Assembly: GCA_947631715.1 (NCBI GenBank)
Contig: CANRMK010000001.1
Location: 1 to 44,222, forward strand
Reading direction: 5' to 3'
DNA: 44,222 nucleotides
Source of the DNA: an uncultured Acetatifactor sp.
Lineage (GTDB): Bacteria; Bacillota; Clostridia; Lachnospirales; Lachnospiraceae
In this document: in pieces, positions 28,580 through 37,053 of the stretch
Numbering within the stretch: position 1 is the first letter of the stretch
Layout of the letters: each line of letters begins with the position of its first letter
The notes under the pieces: model-generated
What the model was told of the DNA's origin: nothing
Database searches by the model: none
Seen by the model: only the letters and a program-made list of their open reading frames with translations
Made by a program: the position numbers and the translations under genes

Positions 28580-28903
28580 TCAGGAATCATCCTCATCAGT
28601 ATTTATGCCATGTTTTTCAAGGATACGCTGGAGGCGGACCAGCTTTGCGATGGCTTGATCCCGCTCGGCTGTAGTCAGATCCAATTTTGCCACGGTCTGG
28701 TTCAGTTCAGCCACAGTCTGGTTCAGTTCAGTCACTGCCTGATCCAGTTTCTTCTCGGCGATTTCCTTCAGCCTTATCGTGGTAGCCTGGCGGCGGAGAA
28801 ATTCCTCCCGGTCCTCACATTCCATGCGTATCCGTTCGTCCATGGTGAGCTGGCAGATGGTGGTGGCGGTGTCGTGAAGTTCAGGATTTTGTTTGACGAG
28901 CAT
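28580..28903 (-). CDS. Putative in-frame internal small protein (RpnS-like) of rpn copy 1, 107 aa
   Basis: GGAGG (28912-28916) 8 nt upstream of in-frame ATG 28903 (MLVKQNPEL). Confidence 0.55.
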   Translation of the reverse strand: MLVKQNPELHDTATTICQLTMDERIRMECEDREEFLRRQATTIRLKEIAEKKLDQAVTELNQTVAELNQTVAKLDLTTAERDQAIAKLVRLQRILEKHGINTDEDDS

Positions 28904-29521
28904 TTTGATATCCTCCCATGTGGCGGCTTTGAACAGGCTGGCCCATACATCCGTCTTATAGACGATGTCCTCCGGGGCCGCCAGGTGTCTCTGAGTTAAG
29001 TCTAACACAGTCAGACGGAATTTGTCACTATAAATATTGTGATTTTTTATATTTATCATATAGTAGTTTGAAAGCAGCTCCGGATGATCCGGGAACAAGG
29101 TGAAATTCAGGATCCCGATCTGGACGGCCGGCTGTACTTTGCTATAGTCTTCGCCCCGGTTCAGCTGGCCGAAGGAGCGTGAAAGGTAGCACAGAGACCG
29201 TTCCGGCCAGCTGCCCGCGTTGAGCACCTGCATCTCAAGGTTGACCAGGGTGCGCTGATTGAGCAGCAGCTTGACATCCAGTATGTACTGCTTGTCCTTG
29301 ATAGAAGTACCGAACAGATAGGGATTCTGGATCACGGTCTCCGTGATGGCAGCGGGATCCAGGTGCAGGAGGGCGCATAAGAGGCCGTGGAGAGACCTGG
29401 TGCTGTATTCCATCAGAAGGTGAAAGAGACAGTCGTTCGTCATGGGGATCGGCAGAGGCCCGTGGACCTGCTCCAGAATGTCTGCGGAAACGGAAGGAAG
29501 AGACAGATGATTTTGCTTCAT
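28580..29521 (-). CDS. Rpn-family PD-(D/E)XK nuclease / putative transposase, copy 1
   Basis: MTNDCLF, ILDVK, VNLEMQV, ERSLCY, QIGILNF; C-terminal coiled coil; SD AAAGGAG. Confidence 0.88.
   Translation of the reverse strand: MKQNHLSLPSVSADILEQVHGPLPIPMTNDCLFHLLMEYSTRSLHGLLCALLHLDPAAITETVIQNPYLFGTSIKDKQYILDVKLLLNQRTLVNLEMQVLNAGSWPERSLCYLSRSFGQLNRGEDYSKVQPAVQIGILNFTLFPDHPELLSNYYMINIKNHNIYSDKFRLTVLDLTQRHLAAPEDIVYKTDVWASLFKAATWEDIKMLVKQNPELHDTATTICQLTMDERIRMECEDREEFLRRQATTIRLKEIAEKKLDQAVTELNQTVAELNQTVAKLDLTTAERDQAIAKLVRLQRILEKHGINTDEDDS
28650..28750 (-). repeat. 21-bp tandem repeat encoding coiled-coil heptads
   Basis: LDQAVTE LNQTVAE LNQTVAK LDLTTAE RDQAIAK; GCCAC(G/A)GTCTGGTTCAGTTCA repeated on the + strand. 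Confidence 0.75.
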
Positions 29522-29718
29522 AAAATACTCCTTTCAGAATGTGAGAATGTGACGGCAGGAAAATGTCAGGAGGATATGAACAGCCGCGATGATGGATAAT
29601 TTCAGAGATAAACTCGTTAAGAACAAACTGCAGATACATACAAGCAATCAAGAAATAATGGCGAGTCTGCCAAGATTCTATTGGAAATGTAAGAACTGGT
29701 TGATTACAAATTAATTAT

Positions 29719-29747
29719 ATATTACAGCATCAGAATGTTATTGTCAA
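29719..29747 (-). promoter_or_regulatory. Putative SigA promoter of rpn copy 1
   Basis: TTGACA-17 nt-TAATAT on the minus strand, positionally conserved upstream of copy 2. Confidence 0.65.
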
Positions 29748-29811
29748 GACTGTTGTCGTTTATGTTTATAGATGAACTGTTACGAAGTTTGAAAGAGTGA
29801 GGAGAAAACCA

Positions 29812-31854
29812 ATGAAAGCGCTTATTCTAAATTCCGGTCTGGGAAAGCGGATGGGAAAACTGACATCAGAGCACCCCAAGTGTATGACCGAAATTTCCAC
29901 AAATGAAACGATATTGAGCAGACAATTAAAGCTTCTGGCTAAGGCGGGAATAGAAGATGTGGTGATAACTACAGGGTATTTTGATGAGATCCTGAGAGAC
30001 TACTGCGAGTCTCTGGAGCTTCCTGTTCGATACACATTTGTCCATAACCCGGAGTATGCCGTAACGAATTATATCTACTCTATTTACTGCGCTAAAGAAT
30101 ATCTGCGAGAAGAGGAAATATTGTTGCTGCACGGGGATCTTGTGTTTGAATATGCAGTCTTGGAAGAGATGCTTTCCTGTAGCCAGAGTTGTATGAAAAT
30201 AAGCACTACCCGACCTCTGCCCCAAAAAGATTTTAAAGCGTTGCTCTGGGATGGAAGAGTGCGGAAGATAGGAGTAGATCTATCTGACAATATGTTGGAG
30301 ACTGGAACGGAAACAGCCAGTAAGGTAGTAGAGGCACAGGCGTTCTACAAATTGACATCGGAGGATTGGCAGATTTGGCTGGCAAAGATCTGCGAATTCT
30401 GTGAACAGGATAAGCGAAATGTCTATGCTGAAGAGGCCTTTAATGATGTTTCGGCACAATGCTTCCTGTATGCTTATGATGCGGAAGATCGCCTTTGTGC
30501 GGAGATAGATACGCCGGAAGATTTAAAAGAGGTGTCTAAAAAGCTGAAAGAGATTCAAAACCGTAGGGTATACATGTGTTTTTCCGCAGATATGCTTCAT
30601 AGCGGCCATATAGCAATTATAAAAAAGGCTGTTGAACTTGGGAAACTGACAGTTGGAGTACTCTCTGATGAAGCAGTTGCTAGTTATAAGCGTTTCCCTT
30701 TAGTCCCTTTTGAGGAGAGGAAAGCTTTATTTGAAAATATTGTGGGTGTGGAAGCCGTCATCGAGCAAAAAGAACTCAGCTATGCTGAACCGTTAAGGGC
30801 GTTGAAGCCTGACTTTGTGGTGCACGGCGACGACTGGTGCACGGGATTCCAGGAGCCTGTACGCAGGGAAGTGATAGAGATTCTGGACACATACGGAGGG
30901 AAGCTGGTGGAATTCCCCTATTCCAGAGATGAAAAGTATGAAGAACTTGAAAAAAGGAGCCGCGAACAGCTTTCCATGCCGGACTATCGGCGGGGCAGAC
31001 TGAAAAAGCTGATTGGCATGAAAGGATGTGTGACGGCGATTGAGGCGCACAGCGGGATTACAGGGCTGATTGCAGAAAAGACGACAGTCCTGCAGGATGG
31101 AAGGACCTATCAGTTTGATGCCATGTGGATATCTTCCCTGTGCGATTCGACTGCTAAGGGCAAGCCGGATATTGAACTTGTGGATATGACTTCGCGATTC
31201 CGTACCATTGACGATATCATGGAGGTTACCACAAAACCCATCATTTTTGACGGTGATACCGGAGGGCTGACAGAACATTTCGTTTATACGGTCCGAAGTC
31301 TGGAGCGCATGGGCGTTTCCATGGTGATCATTGAAGATAAAACGGGGTTGAAGAAAAATTCTCTTTTCGGTACAGATGTGGTCCAGACACAGGACTCTAT
31401 TGAGCACTTCTGTGAGAAGATCAGGGCCGGCGTAAATGCGAAGAAAACAAAGGATTTTATGATCTGCGCCAGGATTGAAAGCCTGATTCTCGAACAGGGG
31501 ATGGAAGATGCCTTAAAAAGGGCTTTTGCTTATTGTGAGGCCAAGGTGGACGCTATTATGATCCACAGCCGTAAAAAGGATCCGGTGGAAATCTTTGAAT
31601 TTGTGGAGAAATTCAGGGAAAAACAGCGGACCATTCCTATTGTGGTGGTCCCGACTTCCTTTAACACGGTAACAGAAGAAGAATTTAAGCGCAGAGGGGT
31701 AAATGTGGTCATTTACGCAAATCAGCTGACACGTTCCGGTTTTCCCGCTATGCAGAAAGCTGCAGAGTTGATTCTTGAAAATCATAGAGCGAAAGAATGT
31801 GACGATATTTGCATGCCCATCAAGGAAATTATTACTTTGATTCCGGAGGAATGA
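29812..31854 (+). CDS. pepM: Phosphoenolpyruvate mutase fused to an N-terminal nucleotidyltransferase (LicC/PntC-like) and a HIGH-type cytidylyltransferase domain
   Basis: ILNSGLGKRMG...HPKCM, LLHGDL, EIDTPED; HSGH, VVHGDDW; AIEAHSG, DGDTG and the PepM signature EDKTGLKKNS (EDKX5NS). Confidence 0.93.
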   Translation: MKALILNSGLGKRMGKLTSEHPKCMTEISTNETILSRQLKLLAKAGIEDVVITTGYFDEILRDYCESLELPVRYTFVHNPEYAVTNYIYSIYCAKEYLREEEILLLHGDLVFEYAVLEEMLSCSQSCMKISTTRPLPQKDFKALLWDGRVRKIGVDLSDNMLETGTETASKVVEAQAFYKLTSEDWQIWLAKICEFCEQDKRNVYAEEAFNDVSAQCFLYAYDAEDRLCAEIDTPEDLKEVSKKLKEIQNRRVYMCFSADMLHSGHIAIIKKAVELGKLTVGVLSDEAVASYKRFPLVPFEERKALFENIVGVEAVIEQKELSYAEPLRALKPDFVVHGDDWCTGFQEPVRREVIEILDTYGGKLVEFPYSRDEKYEELEKRSREQLSMPDYRRGRLKKLIGMKGCVTAIEAHSGITGLIAEKTTVLQDGRTYQFDAMWISSLCDSTAKGKPDIELVDMTSRFRTIDDIMEVTTKPIIFDGDTGGLTEHFVYTVRSLERMGVSMVIIEDKTGLKKNSLFGTDVVQTQDSIEHFCEKIRAGVNAKKTKDFMICARIESLILEQGMEDALKRAFAYCEAKVDAIMIHSRKKDPVEIFEFVEKFREKQRTIPIVVVPTSFNTVTEEEFKRRGVNVVIYANQLTRSGFPAMQKAAELILENHRAKECDDICMPIKEIITLIPEE

Positions 31855-32951
31855 TGGAAAAACAACTTATTTTCAGTGGGACAGATGAGTATGAACATAT
31901 AGCTGACATTATAAGAGAACTGCATATTCACAAATTGTTATTGGTCTGTGGAAAATCTTATGAACAATTAAAGATAAAGGATTATTTATCCAAGCTTGAT
32001 GTTAAGATGATCCGTTTTAGCGATTATATGCCAAATCCTGTTTATGATGACGTCTCCAAGGGCGTACTGCTTTTTAGACAGGAGGCGTGTCAGGCAATTT
32101 TAGCTGTCGGCGGTGGAAGCGCCATAGATGTAGCAAAGTGTATCAAATTATTTTGTTGTATGGATTCATCAGACCTCTTTTTGGAACAGGAGTATGTTGA
32201 TTCTGAAATTCCTTTGATCGCTGTGCCGACCACGGCAGGCTCGGGAAGCGAATCGACCAGACATGCGGTGATATATTGGCATGGGGAAAAGCAGTCTATC
32301 ACACACCCGAGTCTTTTGCCGGAATATGTGATTTTAGATTCTTCTATGTTAAAGAGTCTTCCTGCATATCAGAAGAAGTGCACATTACTGGATGCTCTTT
32401 GCCAGGGAATTGAATCGTGGTGGTCTGTTCGCTCTACCCACGAGAGCAGGATGTTCGCCGCATCTGCTGTAAAAGAAATTCTGGCATATCAACAGGAGTA
32501 CATTGAATTCAATTCAGAGGAAGCGGCAGAAAAGATTATGCATGCAGCGAATCTGGCAGGACAGGCAATCGATGTCACGGCTACGACAGCAGCGCATGCT
32601 ATGAGCTATAAACTGACATCCATGTATGGACTGCCGCATGGACACGCGGTTGCGATCTGTCTGCCGGAAGTGTGGGAATATATGATTTCACATATTAGAG
32701 ATTGCGTGGATCCGCGGGGCGAGAGATATGTAAGAGATGTTCTTAAGGAAATCAGTGATATTATAGATATTCCCTGTTTTCGCGGATTAATAGAAAAATT
32801 CGGACTGATGCGGCCAACTGTACAGGGAGAAAAAGATATTATGGTTCTATCAAGCTCTGTCAACCCGGAAAGACTTAAAAACCATCCGATCGCGATGAGC
32901 AGAGATGTTCTGCAAACATTATATGAGAGGATCCTAAGCCATGAAAGTTGA
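31851..32951 (+). CDS. Iron-containing alcohol dehydrogenase, putative phosphonoacetaldehyde reductase
   Basis: PNP, AVGGGSAIDVAK, PTTAGSGSEST, DALCQGIES, AAHAMSY, PHGHAV; ATGA-coupled to pepM. Confidence 0.85.
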   Translation: MMEKQLIFSGTDEYEHIADIIRELHIHKLLLVCGKSYEQLKIKDYLSKLDVKMIRFSDYMPNPVYDDVSKGVLLFRQEACQAILAVGGGSAIDVAKCIKLFCCMDSSDLFLEQEYVDSEIPLIAVPTTAGSGSESTRHAVIYWHGEKQSITHPSLLPEYVILDSSMLKSLPAYQKKCTLLDALCQGIESWWSVRSTHESRMFAASAVKEILAYQQEYIEFNSEEAAEKIMHAANLAGQAIDVTATTAAHAMSYKLTSMYGLPHGHAVAICLPEVWEYMISHIRDCVDPRGERYVRDVLKEISDIIDIPCFRGLIEKFGLMRPTVQGEKDIMVLSSSVNPERLKNHPIAMSRDVLQTLYERILSHES

Positions 32952-33172
32952 AAAATTTATAAGAGTAATTGATGCTGATTTTTACACCGGTGTGCCGGAC
33001 AGTCAGCTCAGGCCGCTGTGCGGCTATCTGATGGACACATACGGAACAGAAGCAAAGCATCATATCATAGCCGCCAATGAGGGGAACTGTGGAAAGTGAA
33101 ATGGCATCGGCTATGAAAGATTTTCAGAGCGAACTGAAAGCCGGAAAAGAGGTAGCTTTCGTAATTAGAAAG
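32941..33172 (+). pseudogene. Internally deleted, truncated phosphonopyruvate decarboxylase relic
   Basis: MKVEKF...FYTGVPDSQLRP...AANEGNC then out-of-frame ESEMASAMKDFQSELKAGKEVAFVIRK, matching two separated parts of Ppd at 34759-35883. Confidence 0.85.
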
Positions 33173-33246
33173 TACGGGGCCAAAATTATCAGCCGCGGCG
33201 GGATGGGCAGTTTAATAGTTGTGTTATGGACAAAGGCAGGAAATAC

Positions 33247-33465
33247 ATGATCAATTACAGTCCCTTTTGGGAGACCTTGAAAAATTCAGAAGAAACTACA
33301 TACAGCCTGGTGAAGAAGCATGGCATTCCCAGCGCCACACTGGACAAGCTGAGGCATAATAAGCCTGTGAATCTCACCTCGCTGAATGAGCTATGCGGGA
33401 TATTGAATTGTAATATTGAAGATCTTGTGACGATCACGAAGGACGATGCGGAGAAGTTCTTTTGA
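33247..33465 (+). CDS. Small Cro/C1-type HTH DNA-binding protein, copy 1
   Basis: MINYSPFWETLK...TYSL...ATLDKLRHNKPVNL..LNELCGILNCNIEDLV; alternative start at 33226. Confidence 0.82.
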   Translation: MINYSPFWETLKNSEETTYSLVKKHGIPSATLDKLRHNKPVNLTSLNELCGILNCNIEDLVTITKDDAEKFF

Positions 33466-33566
33466 AGCAGATTGCTCTTTGCTTTACCGAGAACAGCTCT
33501 TCCTGGATTTTGCAACTAAGCATTGATTGTACGCGTTGATATTGGTGCCATAGAGTTTATTGGCAG

Positions 33567-33860
33567 TTAATTGTTAATATCGATACCGTTTAATTGCAGA
33601 AGCTGCAGATATTTGTCCCGCTCGGCAGTGACCTGATCCCGTTCGGTCGCAAGCTGATCTCGCTCGGCCGTGACCAGATTTAATTTCGCCACTGCCTGAT
33701 CCCGCTCCTCTTCCGCTATGGTCTTCAGCTTTATCGTGGTAGCCTCGCGGCGGAGAAATTCCTCCCGGTCCTCACATTCCATGCGTATCCGTTCGTCCAT
33801 GGTGAGCTGGCAGATGGTGGTGGCGGTGTCGTGAAGTTCAGGATTTTGTTTGACGAGCAT
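33567..33860 (-). CDS. Putative in-frame internal small protein (RpnS-like) of rpn copy 2, 97 aa
   Basis: GGAGG (33869-33873) 8 nt upstream of in-frame ATG 33860. Confidence 0.55.
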   Translation of the reverse strand: MLVKQNPELHDTATTICQLTMDERIRMECEDREEFLRREATTIKLKTIAEEERDQAVAKLNLVTAERDQLATERDQVTAERDKYLQLLQLNGIDINN

Positions 33861-34478
33861 TTTGATATCCTCCCATGTGGCGGCTTTGAACAGGCTGGCC
33901 CATACATCCGTCTTATAGACGATGTCCTCCGGGGCCGCCAGGTGTCTCTGAGTTAAGTCTAACACAGTCAGACGGAATTTGTCACTATAAATATTGTGAT
34001 TTTTTATATTTATCATATAGTAGTTTGAAAGCAGCTCCGGATGATCCGGGAACAAGGTGAAATTCAGGATCCCGATCTGGACAGCCGGCTGTACTTTGGC
34101 ATAGTCATCGCCCCGGTTAAGCCTGCCGAAAGAGCGGGAAAGGTAGCACAGGGACCGTTCCGGCCAGTTGTCTGTGTTGAGCACCTGCATTTCAAGATTG
34201 ACCAGGGTGCGCTGATTGAGCAGCAGTTTGACATCCAGTATGTACTGCTTTTCGTTAACGGAAGTGCCGAACAGATAGGGATTCTGGATCTCGGTCTCCG
34301 TGATGGCAGCGGGATCCAGGTGCAGGAGGGCGCTTAAGAGGCTGTGGAGAGACCTGGTGTTGTATTCCATCAGGAGGTGAAAGAGACAGTCGTTCGTCAT
34401 TGGGATCGGCAGAGGCCCGTGGACATGCTCCAGAATGTCTGTGGGAACGGAAGGGAGAGATAGATGATCTTGTTCCAT
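33567..34478 (-). CDS. Rpn-family PD-(D/E)XK nuclease / putative transposase, copy 2
   Basis: Same motifs as copy 1 and highly similar to it; different C-terminal heptad tail. Confidence 0.88.
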   Translation of the reverse strand: MEQDHLSLPSVPTDILEHVHGPLPIPMTNDCLFHLLMEYNTRSLHSLLSALLHLDPAAITETEIQNPYLFGTSVNEKQYILDVKLLLNQRTLVNLEMQVLNTDNWPERSLCYLSRSFGRLNRGDDYAKVQPAVQIGILNFTLFPDHPELLSNYYMINIKNHNIYSDKFRLTVLDLTQRHLAAPEDIVYKTDVWASLFKAATWEDIKMLVKQNPELHDTATTICQLTMDERIRMECEDREEFLRREATTIKLKTIAEEERDQAVAKLNLVTAERDQLATERDQVTAERDKYLQLLQLNGIDINN

Positions 34479-34666
34479 AAAAAGATGCTCCTTTCAGGAT
34501 GTGAGAATGCGGCGGCAGGAAAATGTCAGGATGACATGAACAGCCGCGAAGTTAGGTAAAAAAATGTGGAACAGACTGCTGACCAGTACAATCAATCAAG
34601 AGATAGTGGCGAACCCGCCAGAATCCTCAAGGAAAGGTAAGAATGACTTGATCAAAGACTGACCTT

Positions 34667-34695
34667 ATCTTACAGTATTCTAATAGGATTGTCAA
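34667..34695 (-). promoter_or_regulatory. Putative SigA promoter of rpn copy 2
   Basis: TTGACA-17 nt-TAAGAT on the minus strand, homologous position to 29719-29747. Confidence 0.65.
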
Positions 34696-34758
34696 TCGTA
34701 ATTATAAAATTGTTTGTGTCAATACAGCGTATTGATTAAAGAGAAAGGATTTTAGAAC

Positions 34759-35883
34759 ATGAATGTTGAAAAATTTGCCCAAATAATCGGATCCGATTTT
34801 TACACCGGCGTGCCGGACAGCCAGCTCAGGCCGCTGTGCGACTATCTGATGGACACATACGGAACAGAAGCAAAGCATCATATCATAGCCGCCAATGAGG
34901 GAAACTGTGCAGCTTTGGCTGCCGGATACCATCTGGCGACGGGGAAAGTGCCCGTGGTCTACATGCAGAACAGCGGAGAGGGGAACATCATCAATCCTGC
35001 GGTATCGCTGCTCCATGAAAAGGTCTACGCGATTCCTGTGATATTTATCATCGGATGGAGGGGCGAGCCGGGAGTACATGATGAACCTCAGCATATATAC
35101 CAAGGGGAGATTACATTAAAGCTTTTGGAAGATATGGGAATTCGTTTCTTTGTGGTCGATCAGGAGACCACGGAGAGCGAGGCGGAAGCGGCAGCTGCAG
35201 TCTTCCGGGAGGATCTGAAAGCTGGAAAAGATGTGGCATTCGTGATCAAAAAAGGCGCACTGAAATATGAAAAGAAAGTCGGATATGCGAACAAATATCA
35301 TGTGACGCGGGAGGAGATTATTCGACATATTGTACAAGCCAGCGGAGAAGATCCTATTATCTCTACGACAGGCAAGGCAAGTAGAGAATTGTTTGAAATA
35401 AGAGAAGCTGACGAACAGGGTCATCAATATGATTTCCTGACAGTGGGATCCATGGGACATAGCTCTTCTATTGCACTGGGAATAGCACTGCATAAGCCTG
35501 ACAGGCAGATATGGTGCATTGACGGCGATGGAGCGGTATTGATGCATATGGGAGCCATGGCAGTCATCGGTGCCAGCGCTCCGGCCAATTTAATCCATAT
35601 TGTGATCAATAATGGCGCTCATGAGACAGTAGGGGGTATGCCTACAGTGGCTGAAAATATGGATCTTGCGGCGGTTGCAAAGGCTTGTGGTTATCCCCAT
35701 GCGGCCTGTGTGGAAACTTTGGAGGAGCTGGACCGTGAATTGATAGCAGCTAAGAAACGTGGCCAACTTAGCATGATTGAAGTGAAATGTTCCATTGGAG
35801 CGCGGGAAAATCTGGGGCGTCCGACTACGACCACTATAGAGAACAAGGCTGGATTCATGAAATATTTAAACAGTTTTCAGTAA
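34759..35883 (+). CDS. ppd: Phosphonopyruvate decarboxylase
   Basis: FYTGVPDSQL, AANEG, YMQNSGEGN, GWRGEPGVHDEPQH, STTGKASRE, VGSMGH, TPP motif DGDG...NN, LGRP. Confidence 0.93.
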   Translation: MNVEKFAQIIGSDFYTGVPDSQLRPLCDYLMDTYGTEAKHHIIAANEGNCAALAAGYHLATGKVPVVYMQNSGEGNIINPAVSLLHEKVYAIPVIFIIGWRGEPGVHDEPQHIYQGEITLKLLEDMGIRFFVVDQETTESEAEAAAAVFREDLKAGKDVAFVIKKGALKYEKKVGYANKYHVTREEIIRHIVQASGEDPIISTTGKASRELFEIREADEQGHQYDFLTVGSMGHSSSIALGIALHKPDRQIWCIDGDGAVLMHMGAMAVIGASAPANLIHIVINNGAHETVGGMPTVAENMDLAAVAKACGYPHAACVETLEELDRELIAAKKRGQLSMIEVKCSIGARENLGRPTTTTIENKAGFMKYLNSFQ

Positions 35884-35890
35884 AACAATA

Positions 35891-35908
35891 TGCCGTCTGG
35901 AGACGGCA
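35891..35908 (+). other. Perfect inverted repeat directly upstream of the next SD
   Basis: TGCCGTCT-GG-AGACGGCA followed by GGGAGG and ATG 35920. Confidence 0.5.
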
Positions 35909-35919
35909 GGGAGGCTGGA

Positions 35920-37053
35920 ATGGAAACATATGATAAGATTATTATAGGCGCCGGATTATATGGATTGTATTCGGCGTTGTTCTGTGCATCTTCGGGGGGG
36001 CAGAACGTCTTAGTGGTGGAATGCGATCCGTATCCCTTTGGCAGGGCTACATACTGTAATCAGGCAAGGGTACATCAAGGCTATCATTATCCAAGATCTA
36101 TCTCGACAGCGATCAAATCACAGAGCTATTTTCTGCGTTTTAACCGAGATTATAATTTTTGTATCAACAGGGAATTTCAGCAGGTTTATGCTACATCCAG
36201 TCAGTATTCGTGGACGGATCGCAGACAGTTTATGGATTTCTGCAATGCTGCCGGGATTCCTTTTGAGGAGCTCCATTCGGAGAACTATTTCAATCCGGGG
36301 ATGTGTGACGGCGCTTTTCTGACCAGAGAATATACCTATGATGCCATGCTCTTAAAGCGTTATTTTCTGAATGAGCTGGAAAAGTATTCTCAGGTCAAGA
36401 TCTTATACAAAGCTAATATCAAAGCGATAGAGAAACTGCAGGATTACTATGCTGTCTGCTTAGATGATGGAAAAGAATATAGGACAGGATTTCTTCTGAA
36501 TGCGTCTTACGCATCTACAAATCAGATTCTGGATCTGCTGGGATACGAAAAGATGAAGATCAAATATGAGCTGTGTGAGATTATCCTGTGCACTGCCAAT
36601 GAAAAATTGAACAATTTCGGATTCACGATCATGGACGGTCCGTTCTTTTCCATTATGCCATTCGGAAAGACGGGACTCCATTCTCTTACTTCCGTTACTT
36701 TTACACCTCATGCTACCAGTTATGAGGAAGTTCCCACATTTGAATGTCAACGACACAGCGCTGGATACTGTTCCTCGGCCAGATTGGGCAACTGCAATGG
36801 ATGTATCGCAAAACCGCATACGGCGTTTTCGTACATGGCGGGCCTGGCAAAGAAATATTTACGGGAGGAATATGGGTTCCAGTATGATTCCTCCTTATTC
36901 TCCATGAAGCCTATCCTCATGAGCTCGGAAGTGGACGATTCCAGACCTACGGTGATAAGAAGATATTCAAGGTCCCCTACATTTATCAGTGTATTATCTG
37001 GCAAGATAAATACGGTATATGATATGGATGAGGTGTTGAGCGATGATATATAA
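35920..37053 (+). CDS. FAD-dependent oxidoreductase (DAO-like)
   Basis: IIIGAGLYG dinucleotide-binding motif, NQARVHQGYHYPRS, MDGPF, DDSRPT, LSGKI. Confidence 0.82.
   Translation: METYDKIIIGAGLYGLYSALFCASSGGQNVLVVECDPYPFGRATYCNQARVHQGYHYPRSISTAIKSQSYFLRFNRDYNFCINREFQQVYATSSQYSWTDRRQFMDFCNAAGIPFEELHSENYFNPGMCDGAFLTREYTYDAMLLKRYFLNELEKYSQVKILYKANIKAIEKLQDYYAVCLDDGKEYRTGFLLNASYASTNQILDLLGYEKMKIKYELCEIILCTANEKLNNFGFTIMDGPFFSIMPFGKTGLHSLTSVTFTPHATSYEEVPTFECQRHSAGYCSSARLGNCNGCIAKPHTAFSYMAGLAKKYLREEYGFQYDSSLFSMKPILMSSEVDDSRPTVIRRYSRSPTFISVLSGKINTVYDMDEVLSDDI

Noticed and set aside
28517-29800. rpn copies as classical IS elements
   Set aside because: No terminal inverted repeats, target-site duplications or DDE/HUH motifs seen; the PD-(D/E)XK motif indicates the Rpn family
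32875-33063. Similar minus-strand ORFs at 32875-33063 and 34702-35103 as a duplicated small gene
   Set aside because: They are simply the antisense of the duplicated ppd 5' region
29812-35883. Phosphonate antibiotic (e.g. fosfomycin-like) cluster
   Set aside because: No radical-SAM methyltransferase, epoxidase, NRPS or resistance kinase; embedded among flippases and glycosyltransferases
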